DNA of 64,000 nt from Nitrospirota bacterium. GTDB lineage: Bacteria > Nitrospirota > Thermodesulfovibrionia > Thermodesulfovibrionales > Dissulfurispiraceae. Positions 23,850-31,836 of the stretch are shown one piece after another. The position numbers were made by a program, and so were the translations under genes. A model generated the notes under the pieces. It saw only the letters and a program-made list of their open reading frames with translations, was not told the origin of the DNA and did no database searches. Location: assembly GCA_963710375.1 (NCBI GenBank), contig CAVPZX010000005.1, positions 448,001 through 512,000 on the forward strand. The letters run 5' to 3'. The first letter of the stretch is position 1. The number at the start of each line of letters is the position of its first letter.

Positions 23850-24097
23850 AATGCGTAATCTGTCATGGAGACAACATCAAGGTCGCTGAGGTTAAGGAAG
23901 AATTTACTGTTGGAAACGATATTATTTACATCCCGGTAAAAGTTCCGGTCTGCAAGACCTGTGGCGAGCGGTATTACGACAGGAGAACGATACAGTTTTT
24001 GGAACAAGTTGAAGTAAATCTTCCCGAGACAAAGGCTGAGCTGAAAGAGGTAGGCAGGGTATTGATGTATGACAAATCAATGCCGGTTGTTAAGTAA
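23846..24097 (+). CDS. YgiT-type zinc finger protein (MqsA-like antitoxin)
   Basis: MKCVIC...VCKTCGERYY; ATGA overlap with the DUF4258 gene. Confidence 0.85.
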   Translation: MKCVICHGDNIKVAEVKEEFTVGNDIIYIPVKVPVCKTCGERYYDRRTIQFLEQVEVNLPETKAELKEVGRVLMYDKSMPVVK

Positions 24098-24143
24098 ATG
24101 GCGGTGCAGGGAATCGAACCCCGGACACTGCGGATATGAGCCG
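24096..24143. repeat. left attachment site (duplicate of the tRNA-Met 3' half)
   Basis: Identical to 31531-31578. Confidence 0.95.
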
Positions 24144-24292
24144 GAAAAGATCAATTTAACACCTCAAGGAATACCCTCAAGTATACCACAAAAGCAAAGA
24201 GTTCCGAAGCGTAAGAGAACGTAATAAACCGTTTTCTTACGTCTTTTTTTGTGAACTTTAGCACGGGATTAGCACGAGCGGAGGGTAAGAGG

Positions 24293-25390
24293 TTGCAAAG
24301 CATCAAATCATTAATGGCGTTAGTGGATTCACTGAACATTGGATTTTACCTCGACGCTTATAAACTGACCGAAGAGGATTTCACCTATCTGGAAACTCTC
24401 AAGCAGAGGGCAAGAGATGAGGGCTTCAACGCAATAGAGCCTTTCGAGTTTAAAGGTAAATTCTTCACCGGTATAACTTCTGCAAAAAATATTTATGCAT
24501 ATGTTCTGATCAACAACGATGTCACCGTCAAGATTGCCCGTAAGCTCTCACAGGGGACTTATCCCGAAATTTTTATTGAGTATCGCTCCCGGCTGCTACT
24601 TGGCGGCCTGAAGGATGCCTATTTGATAGTCAAGGAATGGGTGGAATCCTGGGCCGATATAGAAAGAGAGAAAGTATCCCGCGCTGACATCACGGTGGAT
24701 TTTCAAGGGCAATTAAAAATAAACATCGATGATGTCGTTATGAGATGCAGGAACAACGGCGAATATTATGAAGCGTATCGAGATGGCCGTCGATTAACCG
24801 GCTATCGCTTCGGCTCTGCTGCATTGCAATGCAGGATTTATGACAAAACAGTGGAAATTGAAAAAAGCGGAAAACTCTATCTCAAGGAAGAATGGAAAAA
24901 GCAGGGGTGGGACGAAGAAACTGAAGTGTGGAGAGTAGAATTCCAGTTAAGGCGGGACATGCTTAAAGAATTTCAGGTTGAGACCTTGCAAAATCTTATA
25001 GATCATGCGCCCGACATATGGCGTTATCTTACTGCTGAATGGCTTACCGTGAGACAGCCATCACGTACAGACAAGACCCGTTCACGATGGGAACTGACCA
25101 AAACTTGGAAGATTGTGGTCGAATCATTCAAGGGCTTCGGCATCCTGACGGGAATAGTAAGGGAGAATATCAAAGATGTAACTGTTGACAGACTGGTGCC
25201 CCAGTTAGCAGGGCTATGTACCTCCTTTGCTGCTCTTACCCGGAAAGAACGTATACCGATATATGAAATATTGAAGCGAGCCGAAGCGCACATAAAACGG
25301 AAGGGGAAAACAACAAAGGGGATTATAGAGGAAAAAATGCAGCGGTATTCCCTATTCGAGGAAACTTATTCGGGGCTGCAGGAGGTATGA
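24293..25390 (+). CDS. Rep_trans-like rolling-circle replication initiator/relaxase (start uncertain)
   Basis: SRADITVD, GYRFGS, RIYDK (catalytic Tyr position), WRVEFQLR. Confidence 0.78.
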   Translation: MQSIKSLMALVDSLNIGFYLDAYKLTEEDFTYLETLKQRARDEGFNAIEPFEFKGKFFTGITSAKNIYAYVLINNDVTVKIARKLSQGTYPEIFIEYRSRLLLGGLKDAYLIVKEWVESWADIEREKVSRADITVDFQGQLKINIDDVVMRCRNNGEYYEAYRDGRRLTGYRFGSAALQCRIYDKTVEIEKSGKLYLKEEWKKQGWDEETEVWRVEFQLRRDMLKEFQVETLQNLIDHAPDIWRYLTAEWLTVRQPSRTDKTRSRWELTKTWKIVVESFKGFGILTGIVRENIKDVTVDRLVPQLAGLCTSFAALTRKERIPIYEILKRAEAHIKRKGKTTKGIIEEKMQRYSLFEETYSGLQEV

Positions 25391-25428
25391 AAAGGCGCGA
25401 CATGCTAACCTTCTGTTATTCGTTACTC

Positions 25429-25869
25429 TCATTTGTTGTTCAGGAACTTTTTTATCAGCTTAGTTAGATAGTCTATCTTCCGCATCTCGCATTCCCAAAT
25501 AATCAAGGAAGCCCAGCCTAAACTTGATAATTGTTTCAAATTCTTTTTATCTCGAGCTTTATTCATAATCAATTTTGAATTCCAATATTGCACGTTTGAA
25601 GCCGGTTTGTTCATACCAGCTTTACAGTTATGCCCATGCCAAAAACAGCCGTGTACAAAAATTACTTTTCGACGCGACGAAAAAACAAGGTCTGGAGAGC
25701 CCGGCAAATCTTTTCTGTGGAGCCTATAGCGAAAGCCCATGTTAAATACTAAATGCCTGATAGTTTTTTCAACAAGAGTACCCTTCGACTTCACGCGAGC
25801 CATTAATTCACTTCTGGCCTCCTTCGTCAACCGGTCTTTTGTTTTGGGTCTTGATGGAATGTTACTCAT
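25429..25869 (-). CDS. vsr: very short patch repair endonuclease
   Basis: D.LT...RSELMARVKSK, LPGSPDLV, FVHGCFWHGH, IIWECE. Confidence 0.92.
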   Translation of the reverse strand: MSNIPSRPKTKDRLTKEARSELMARVKSKGTLVEKTIRHLVFNMGFRYRLHRKDLPGSPDLVFSSRRKVIFVHGCFWHGHNCKAGMNKPASNVQYWNSKLIMNKARDKKNLKQLSSLGWASLIIWECEMRKIDYLTKLIKKFLNNK

Positions 25870-25873
25870 AGGC

Positions 25874-25892
25874 TGTAGACAAATAGTATACA
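25874..25892. promoter_or_regulatory. candidate C-box operator
   Basis: TGTAGAC-AAATA-GTATACA inverted repeat between divergent vsr and C gene. Confidence 0.5.
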
Positions 25893-25914
25893 TGATTGAA
25901 TATCATCTTAGTCA

Positions 25915-26133
25915 ATGGATGTTAAATTATTGCTTGCAAGAAATGTGAGAGAGTACCGCGAAAAGTTAGGCTTTTCTCAGGAAGAACTCGCGGAGGTATC
26001 TGGACTTCACAGGACATATATCAGTGGGATTGAGAGAGGCGTGAGAAATCCCACAATTTCTGTGGTTGCAGTTTTAGCAAAGGCATTGAACATATCGGTT
26101 TCAGCACTTCTTTCAAAGGCCGGAGAAAAATGA
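25915..26133 (+). CDS. XRE-family HTH, R-M controller (C) protein-like
   Basis: SQEELA..SGLHRTYISGIERGVRNPT; ATGA overlap with the next gene. Confidence 0.85.
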   Translation: MDVKLLLARNVREYREKLGFSQEELAEVSGLHRTYISGIERGVRNPTISVVAVLAKALNISVSALLSKAGEK

Positions 26134-26873
26134 CTATTTTCTCCACGCCAGAACAGCTTCAAGAGATCAAGAAAATTCTATCAGGCTATATAAGATTACC
26201 ATTCTCAGACAAAACTATCCCCGGCGCTGTCATGGAAGCAGTTCTGGCTAAAGTCAGAAATGGAGTAGTTCTTAACACTTATGATTTTGTAGATGTTATA
26301 AATGCGGTGTCTCATTGTGGGTGGCAGGTAAAATCAACGAAAGAAAAAACTCCAGTTACATGGAAAAGAGCTAAATTGCCGAATCAAGATGAACTCATAA
26401 AGAACTCTCACGAGAGCAAAGAAGGGCTACAGGCACTTGGAGACACAATTATTGATTTTTGCAATGCCCATGTTCGGCATAGTATTGAGCTATACGACTT
26501 GCGTGAAATCGGATATAGCAGGCTGATCGTCCATAAAAACTGGACAATTACATATTTTGAAAAATTGCTCTGTGTAAGTGAGAGGCCGGATATTTTTGCT
26601 AAGGCCGATTTTTCTTGGAAATGGTCTATACCAAAGAAAACAAAGAAAAAAGAACAACTGCCTGCTTTACATGGGACTCATAAGACCCTCAAAAAAAAAT
26701 GGTGGGCGTGGCATGGATTAGGCGAAAATCAGTTGCATTTCAGTGGTGAAAGGGCGTGGTGGCCCACTACTTCCGAAGGTCAAATGATGACTTTTGATAG
26801 CCCCGCAGATAATGAAAGGATATTGTTAGAACGATTTGTAGATTTTCTTGCTAAACTAGATAATTCTGTTTGA
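26130..26873 (+). CDS. putative restriction endonuclease (PD-(D/E)xK, QxK variant)
   Basis: ME...YDFVDV...WQVKS; lies between the C gene and a convergent methyltransferase. Confidence 0.6.
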   Translation: MTIFSTPEQLQEIKKILSGYIRLPFSDKTIPGAVMEAVLAKVRNGVVLNTYDFVDVINAVSHCGWQVKSTKEKTPVTWKRAKLPNQDELIKNSHESKEGLQALGDTIIDFCNAHVRHSIELYDLREIGYSRLIVHKNWTITYFEKLLCVSERPDIFAKADFSWKWSIPKKTKKKEQLPALHGTHKTLKKKWWAWHGLGENQLHFSGERAWWPTTSEGQMMTFDSPADNERILLERFVDFLAKLDNSV

Positions 26874-27979
26874 TTTAGCATTCCCTCAGCTATTTGTTTT
26901 ATTAACAAGGGGGGAACGGCATTACCAACTTGCCCAGCTTGATCATTGTAAGTGCCAACAAAAATAAAGCTATCAGGAAAGCCTTGTATTCTCGCGACTT
27001 CACGTATAGTCAGAATTCTAAGGTCAACCGGATGACCCCAGCGTCCTGAGCCTGGATGAAATACCCACCGAGTGATGGTTGGCGCAATCATTTTTTTTGT
27101 AAGCCGGCCATAGGCCCCGCTGTATCCACTCTTGACTTGCAAATGGTGTGGTAATTCTTTTAATCCTTCTCCCGGCTTCAATGATGATAGTCTTTCAAAT
27201 TGCAAAGGCTGGAGTTTACGAGCTATATGGTTCTTTACGCTCTCTTGTCCATCTCTTATCATTTTCTGGTAATAAGAAAAAGGCTCACATGAGTATGGCA
27301 TAAACTCAGAGCCTTCGCCATGTTTCAATGATGGCAAATCGCCTATGGCATCCCAAACGGTGACATGGTTATTAACAGAAAATAGATCGATAATATCTTC
27401 TGGAGTGTCGTGTGTGGGATGGGGTAAATTGAACATTACGCCAAGTCGGTTTCCTACAAAAAAAGCGCGGCGCCGCTTTTGTGGAATTCCATAGTCAGCA
27501 GCATTTAGGACAGCATATGATACGTAATAATTATCCTCCCTCAGTCGGGCTATTATTTCCTCCGTGTAAGCCAAGTCAAATCCATTTTTCATCTCTGCAA
27601 CATTTTCCATTAGGATTAGTTGTGGCCGCAAGTCACGACAGAAATCAAGAAATGTTCTTATCAACTGGTTCTTAGGATCAAGCAAATATCTATTTTTTCT
27701 CGGAACGTTCTTGGAGAACCCCTGACACGGGGGACCGCCTGCGAGTAACGTTAGCTCGCCCGGTTCCAAACCTACCTCTCTCATAAATTGTTCAGTTGAT
27801 ATTTTTGTTAAATCGTTATGAAAGAGTTTTGCTTCGGGAAAATTATGTTTGAATGTCGCCGAGTACTTTTTTTCAATGTCCGCACCTGCAATAATGTTAA
27901 CCCCAGCCTGCTTCAGGCCGCAAGAGATTCCTCCGCATCCGCAGAATAAGTCAATAGCTGTAAGTTTTGGTTCTGACAT
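26780..27979 (-). CDS. DNA (cytosine-5) methyltransferase
   Basis: DLFCGCGG, GGPPCQGFS, MENV, QKRRR, RIQGFPD, GNAVPP. Confidence 0.95.
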   Translation of the reverse strand: MSEPKLTAIDLFCGCGGISCGLKQAGVNIIAGADIEKKYSATFKHNFPEAKLFHNDLTKISTEQFMREVGLEPGELTLLAGGPPCQGFSKNVPRKNRYLLDPKNQLIRTFLDFCRDLRPQLILMENVAEMKNGFDLAYTEEIIARLREDNYYVSYAVLNAADYGIPQKRRRAFFVGNRLGVMFNLPHPTHDTPEDIIDLFSVNNHVTVWDAIGDLPSLKHGEGSEFMPYSCEPFSYYQKMIRDGQESVKNHIARKLQPLQFERLSSLKPGEGLKELPHHLQVKSGYSGAYGRLTKKMIAPTITRWVFHPGSGRWGHPVDLRILTIREVARIQGFPDSFIFVGTYNDQAGQVGNAVPPLLIKQIAEGMLNQTELSSLARKSTNRSNNILSLSAGLSKVII

Positions 27980-28256
27980 AATGTTACTCATAGTATTCAA
28001 TTTGCCGCAAAATTGTCAACCCCCGGTAAATAGCATGTCAAGCAAATATAACAAACTTTGAAGCATTCATTATATATTACTTGGTATTTTAAAAACTTTT
28101 GGTCTACTGTCCTATTGAGACTAATGGCCCTGCTTGCGTGCGGGGGGAGCACGTACGCAAGCAGGGGCCAGAATTATGATAGAATCGCGTGTGTTCTGCG
28201 ATGGCGTGGTCTTCCCGGTCAAATTATCTTGAACGGAGGAAATCTTGAACGCAACT

Positions 28257-28949
28257 TCATTTCTTTATTGGATTAGAAAAGATAGGCAGCAAAACTCCAA
28301 AAATGGTTACAAGTAATGTCAAAGCGGCAATAATTAGGGAGAGGATTTCATATGTGAAAGCCTTCTTGGGTTTTTCATAGGGATAAATCCTAACGTAAGG
28401 AAATAGTTTGCCCTTAGAAGAAAAAAACGAAATAATAATCATTATAGCTGTAAAACAAAATGTGGCAAAGGATAGCAGGAATTTTCCTTTTATTAGTTGT
28501 AAGATTCCAAGAAAAAAGGCGGGACTTATGAGCATGCCTGCTGTTACAGGCATGGCACGAGTTATGATTGAATACCATGGCTTTCTTTTTCTGAAGAAAT
28601 TGGTAAGCTGTGCGATGCGACCGAGATAAGAAGCTTCGTCATTAGATGAAATTTGGTAATGAACGAAATTGTGATACATGGTCAAGGAGAGTGAATTATT
28701 TATTTCCTGATTATCATCGCGAGTTAACACAGTTACCGATAATTCATTAGTTGGGGCCTCCTTGCTAAAAGCTTTAACCTCATCAATTGAAGTAAATATT
28801 TGCTTAAGGCCTTCATAACCAATTTGTACAGACAAATTAATATTCTGAATCGGTGCGCCCGCCGTGAGTATTTGGAGGAGCTCTATCATATCGGCCTTAT
28901 AAAAAAGAACTGGATGGACTTCAATTAATTTTGACCATTCTTGTTTCAT
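28257..28949 (-). CDS. hypothetical membrane protein (soluble N-domain plus about 3 TM helices)
   Basis: Hydrophobic segments in the C-terminal half; RBS GGAG. Confidence 0.7.
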   Translation of the reverse strand: MKQEWSKLIEVHPVLFYKADMIELLQILTAGAPIQNINLSVQIGYEGLKQIFTSIDEVKAFSKEAPTNELSVTVLTRDDNQEINNSLSLTMYHNFVHYQISSNDEASYLGRIAQLTNFFRKRKPWYSIITRAMPVTAGMLISPAFFLGILQLIKGKFLLSFATFCFTAIMIIISFFSSKGKLFPYVRIYPYEKPKKAFTYEILSLIIAALTLLVTIFGVLLPIFSNPIKK

Positions 28950-29377
28950 AGCGCCATTTATCTCCTGCACAAGATGAAATACACTGGATTATAACATTTT
29001 TTTCTATCAGAGCAGCTATCTATAGTCCTTATGATTATGTGCCTCTGCTGCGGGCAGCGCACCGCGAGGCGGGGAGCAGCACGCAAGCAGAGTAGGGCAG
29101 CCCCCTTACGGTTTAACAAGGGGGGTGCAAAATGCACATGGGAATGGCGTTTGAATTCTTATCTTGAGCCGTTATATGATAAAAGAGAGCATATAAGAGA
29201 AGGCATTGCGGGGAAAGTTTTGGAGGTTTTCCCCTTATTTATCCGGCATCTTATGGGAGAGGTTGGACGTCTCCTACGGTGGGCATGCGGGATAGATAAT
29301 TTATTACAATGTCTTCTCTCATATGCTCGTTTTTATTCAGACTCACTTATATCCGCAATTGAGTTTCTGAAGTATGT

Positions 29378-29776
29378 TTAACGTTTCTTGCGAAAGTTCG
29401 TTATGAGCGTCCATTTAGTATCACCAGGCATTCTACACTCCCAGAATAACCAACCATTAACGGGATTCTGAGTTATAGATACAGCAGCCGCAGAAGCAGA
29501 ATGAAATCTATTGCCATTAATGACTAATGCTCCGTTTTCAATTTTGCCTGCATAGCTTTGCCCTTTGTGAAACGCTCGAAACTCTGTTCCATGGGGGAAG
29601 GTAACACCTTTTGTAACCCAAGGCGTGCTGGCATGTTTAGTTATTACCTTGGTGGTATCGGATTCTTTTAGGTCGAATGTTCTCCTCAATACATCATTAA
29701 AGCTATCGCTTTCATCCCTGAGTAGACTCGTCATTTTTTTGTACACCTCGAAATCAATTGGTATGGTTGTATACAT
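29378..29776 (-). CDS. RAMA/DUF4357-like protein with RHH-like N-terminus
   Basis: GALVINGNRFHSASAAAVSIT..PVNGWLFWEC; N-terminal TTIPIDFEVY...ESDSFNDVLRR. Confidence 0.65.
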   Translation of the reverse strand: MYTTIPIDFEVYKKMTSLLRDESDSFNDVLRRTFDLKESDTTKVITKHASTPWVTKGVTFPHGTEFRAFHKGQSYAGKIENGALVINGNRFHSASAAAVSITQNPVNGWLFWECRMPGDTKWTLITNFRKKR

Positions 29777-29820
29777 TTGCCCTATTCTCCTTAAATTACT
29801 TAAACTATCTTATAGTTAAA

Positions 29821-29849
29821 ATAGTAGCATTTATAGTTAGTTGTGTCAA
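29821..29849 (-). promoter_or_regulatory. sigma70 promoter for the RAMA-like gene
   Basis: TTGACA-17 nt-TACTAT on the minus strand. Confidence 0.65.
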
Positions 29850-29861
29850 GTAAAAAATTGA

Positions 29862-29897
29862 TTGACAAAACACTTCTACACGTGTTAGCGTGTACAC
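29862..29897 (+). promoter_or_regulatory. candidate promoter/operator of the RHH-xis-int operon
   Basis: TTGACA-18 nt-TAGCGT overlapped by TACACG/CGTGTA inverted motifs. Confidence 0.5.
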
Positions 29898-29925
29898 ATG
29901 CGGCTGGGTGGGGAGGATAACGCGA

Positions 29926-30228
29926 ATGAGAAAGAAATTAACGCTGACAATTGATGCGGATGTTTACGACATGATTAAAGACTTGCCCCGTAAAATATCT
30001 ATATCTGAGGTTGTCTCTTTTATACTTAAGGCAATGTATCAAGACCTGAAAAAGGGCAGAGAATTAACACAAGAGGAGTTTGAGGTATGGGCAAAGAGCA
30101 GTCCTGAATTGGCCGACATCAGAGAGAGAATGAGGGAACACTGGGGGTCTGGAATAAGAAAGATTGATGAAGTCGTCGAGAAAGTGAAAACGATTGCTAA
30201 GCCGAGGAAGAGCAAGAAAGATAAATAA
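29926..30228 (+). CDS. hypothetical protein, RHH-like regulator
   Basis: KKLTLTIDADVY...SISEVV pattern; RBS GGAGG. Confidence 0.6.
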   Translation: MRKKLTLTIDADVYDMIKDLPRKISISEVVSFILKAMYQDLKKGRELTQEEFEVWAKSSPELADIRERMREHWGSGIRKIDEVVEKVKTIAKPRKSKKDK

Positions 30229-30230
30229 CC

Positions 30231-30512
30231 ATGCAGCAATTAGATAAATATCCCGACCTTATGACACCGGGAGAAGTTGCAGAAGTTCTCGGGTGCAGGC
30301 CTGTAACCGTTCCTCGCCTTAGAGGTCTTATGAAGGCATATGTACTCAACGGAAGAAAGAAGTTTAAGTATAGAAAGCAGGATGTGATTGATTACATAAA
30401 TTCAAAGGTCGAAAAAAGGGAGGTGATAGAGATTGCCAGTAAACAGAAGAAAGGACACCGGAAAATGGGGTTACCGACATTATTACCGTGGGAGGAACTA
30501 CAGAAAGCATGA
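30231..30512 (+). CDS. excisionase-like helix-turn-helix protein
   Basis: LMTPGEVAEVLG...KYRKQDVIDYI; directly upstream of the integrase. Confidence 0.7.
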   Translation: MQQLDKYPDLMTPGEVAEVLGCRPVTVPRLRGLMKAYVLNGRKKFKYRKQDVIDYINSKVEKREVIEIASKQKKGHRKMGLPTLLPWEELQKA

Positions 30513-31596
30513 ATGGGATACGCGAGAAGAGGCCGTCAATGCTTTTAACGAGCTATTAGACAAACTGAGAAGAGAAATTCCAGTTACTGATTCAAATATA
30601 TATTTGGTTGAAGCTGTGAACGAATTTATGAAATACTCTAAACGGGTTGGAAAATCTGAAAGTCGATTACTGCACCTGTACCTTAATTTTGAGAAGTTCT
30701 TAATTCCTTTTTTGGGTGACAGTAAAAGATTGAGAGATATTACGCATCTGGATATCGAATCTTTTATAGATGATCAGATGAAGCGACCCATAAAGAACAA
30801 AACAATTAAACATTATGTTGATGACCTGAACGCATTGCTTAACTGGGCCAAGAAAGAGGAAATCATTTCCGCAAATCCCATGCTCAAAGTTAATAGAAAA
30901 CGAATCAGACCGGAGAAGATTATTAAACAAGGCCACACACCGGAGAAGATTAAAATTTGTGAATCGGTGCTAAACGATGAACAGAGGCTATTTTTTAGGT
31001 TCATCAAATTTACCGGGGCCAGACTGGATGAAGCTTTAAAAATGATATGGCCCGATGTTCATTACGAAGGTGAAGGCAAGGTTATTTTAAGAGGAACCAA
31101 GACTGAAGAATCTTTAAGGGAAATAGAAATGTGTAAAGGTCTTCGCCAAACACTTAAAGACTTAGAGAAGCATAGAACTGATTCACCCTACTTGTTTCAT
31201 AAAAAAGACGGCTCACGGATTTATAGAAGAGATAAGCTTTTTAAGAAAATCACGAAGCTTACCGGGATAAAGATTACCGCTAAAAGTCTGAGAGATTATT
31301 TCTGCTCTATGATCGGCATGGGGGACGATGAGTATACCCCAGATATCGTGACCGCACAGAAGCTGATGGGACATGCAAACCTGAACACGACTCAGAGGTA
31401 TCTCTTTTCGTTAAAAGATCGCCGTATAAGGGCCGTAGCAATTTTAGACAGAATAGAAGGGATTAGCACTGACATTAGCACGGGACAGGGTATTTCATGC
31501 GAGGGGCAAGCCGTAACTCATTGTAAATTAAAATGGCGGTGCAGGGAATCGAACCCCGGACACTGCGGATATGAGCCGCATGCTCTAACCGTCTGA
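30433..31596 (+). CDS. tyrosine recombinase/integrase
   Basis: TGARLDEA, GTKT, KSLR, LMGH...TTQRY; abuts and reads through the att site. Confidence 0.92.
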   Translation: MPVNRRKDTGKWGYRHYYRGRNYRKHEWDTREEAVNAFNELLDKLRREIPVTDSNIYLVEAVNEFMKYSKRVGKSESRLLHLYLNFEKFLIPFLGDSKRLRDITHLDIESFIDDQMKRPIKNKTIKHYVDDLNALLNWAKKEEIISANPMLKVNRKRIRPEKIIKQGHTPEKIKICESVLNDEQRLFFRFIKFTGARLDEALKMIWPDVHYEGEGKVILRGTKTEESLREIEMCKGLRQTLKDLEKHRTDSPYLFHKKDGSRIYRRDKLFKKITKLTGIKITAKSLRDYFCSMIGMGDDEYTPDIVTAQKLMGHANLNTTQRYLFSLKDRRIRAVAILDRIEGISTDISTGQGISCEGQAVTHCKLKWRCRESNPGHCGYEPHALTV

Positions 31597-31607
31597 GCTA
31601 CACCGCC
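31534..31607 (-). tRNA. tRNA-Met(CAT), probably elongator
   Basis: GGCGGTGTAGCTCAG...TGCGG-CTCATAT-CCGCA...GTTCGATTC. Confidence 0.93.
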
Positions 31608-31836
31608 TTTCTCTTATACAGCTTTCAATTATACCAAACGGCAGAATTTTAAGGCAATTTCCTAATCTCCCATAATTCTGCTTGTATTCTCTTCTTTAAC
31701 CATGATATTGTTTTATTAATATTCATCACTTCTGTATAAGGCAATAGATTGAGATGCTGATCCCGGCGGTCCTGTGTTTATCCTCCCGGTTCGACCACGT
31801 GGGAATTCTACACCGAAGTTATTGAAGGGTTAAGTA

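Larger units (their letters stand above)
24096..31578. mobile_element. integrated rolling-circle-type element at tRNA-Met carrying an R-M system
   Basis: Perfect 48-bp direct repeats, integrase, HTH, Rep_trans-like initiator, AT-rich cargo. Confidence 0.92.

Noticed and set aside
24096..24143. Second tRNA-Met gene
   Set aside because: Only the 3' half is present; D arm and 5' acceptor strand are missing
29031..29381. 116-aa ORF in the element
   Set aside because: Runs through GC hairpins, has no recognisable motif and no clear RBS
24096..31578. Prophage or inovirus
   Set aside because: No Zot-like ATPase, coat, terminase or tail genes recognised
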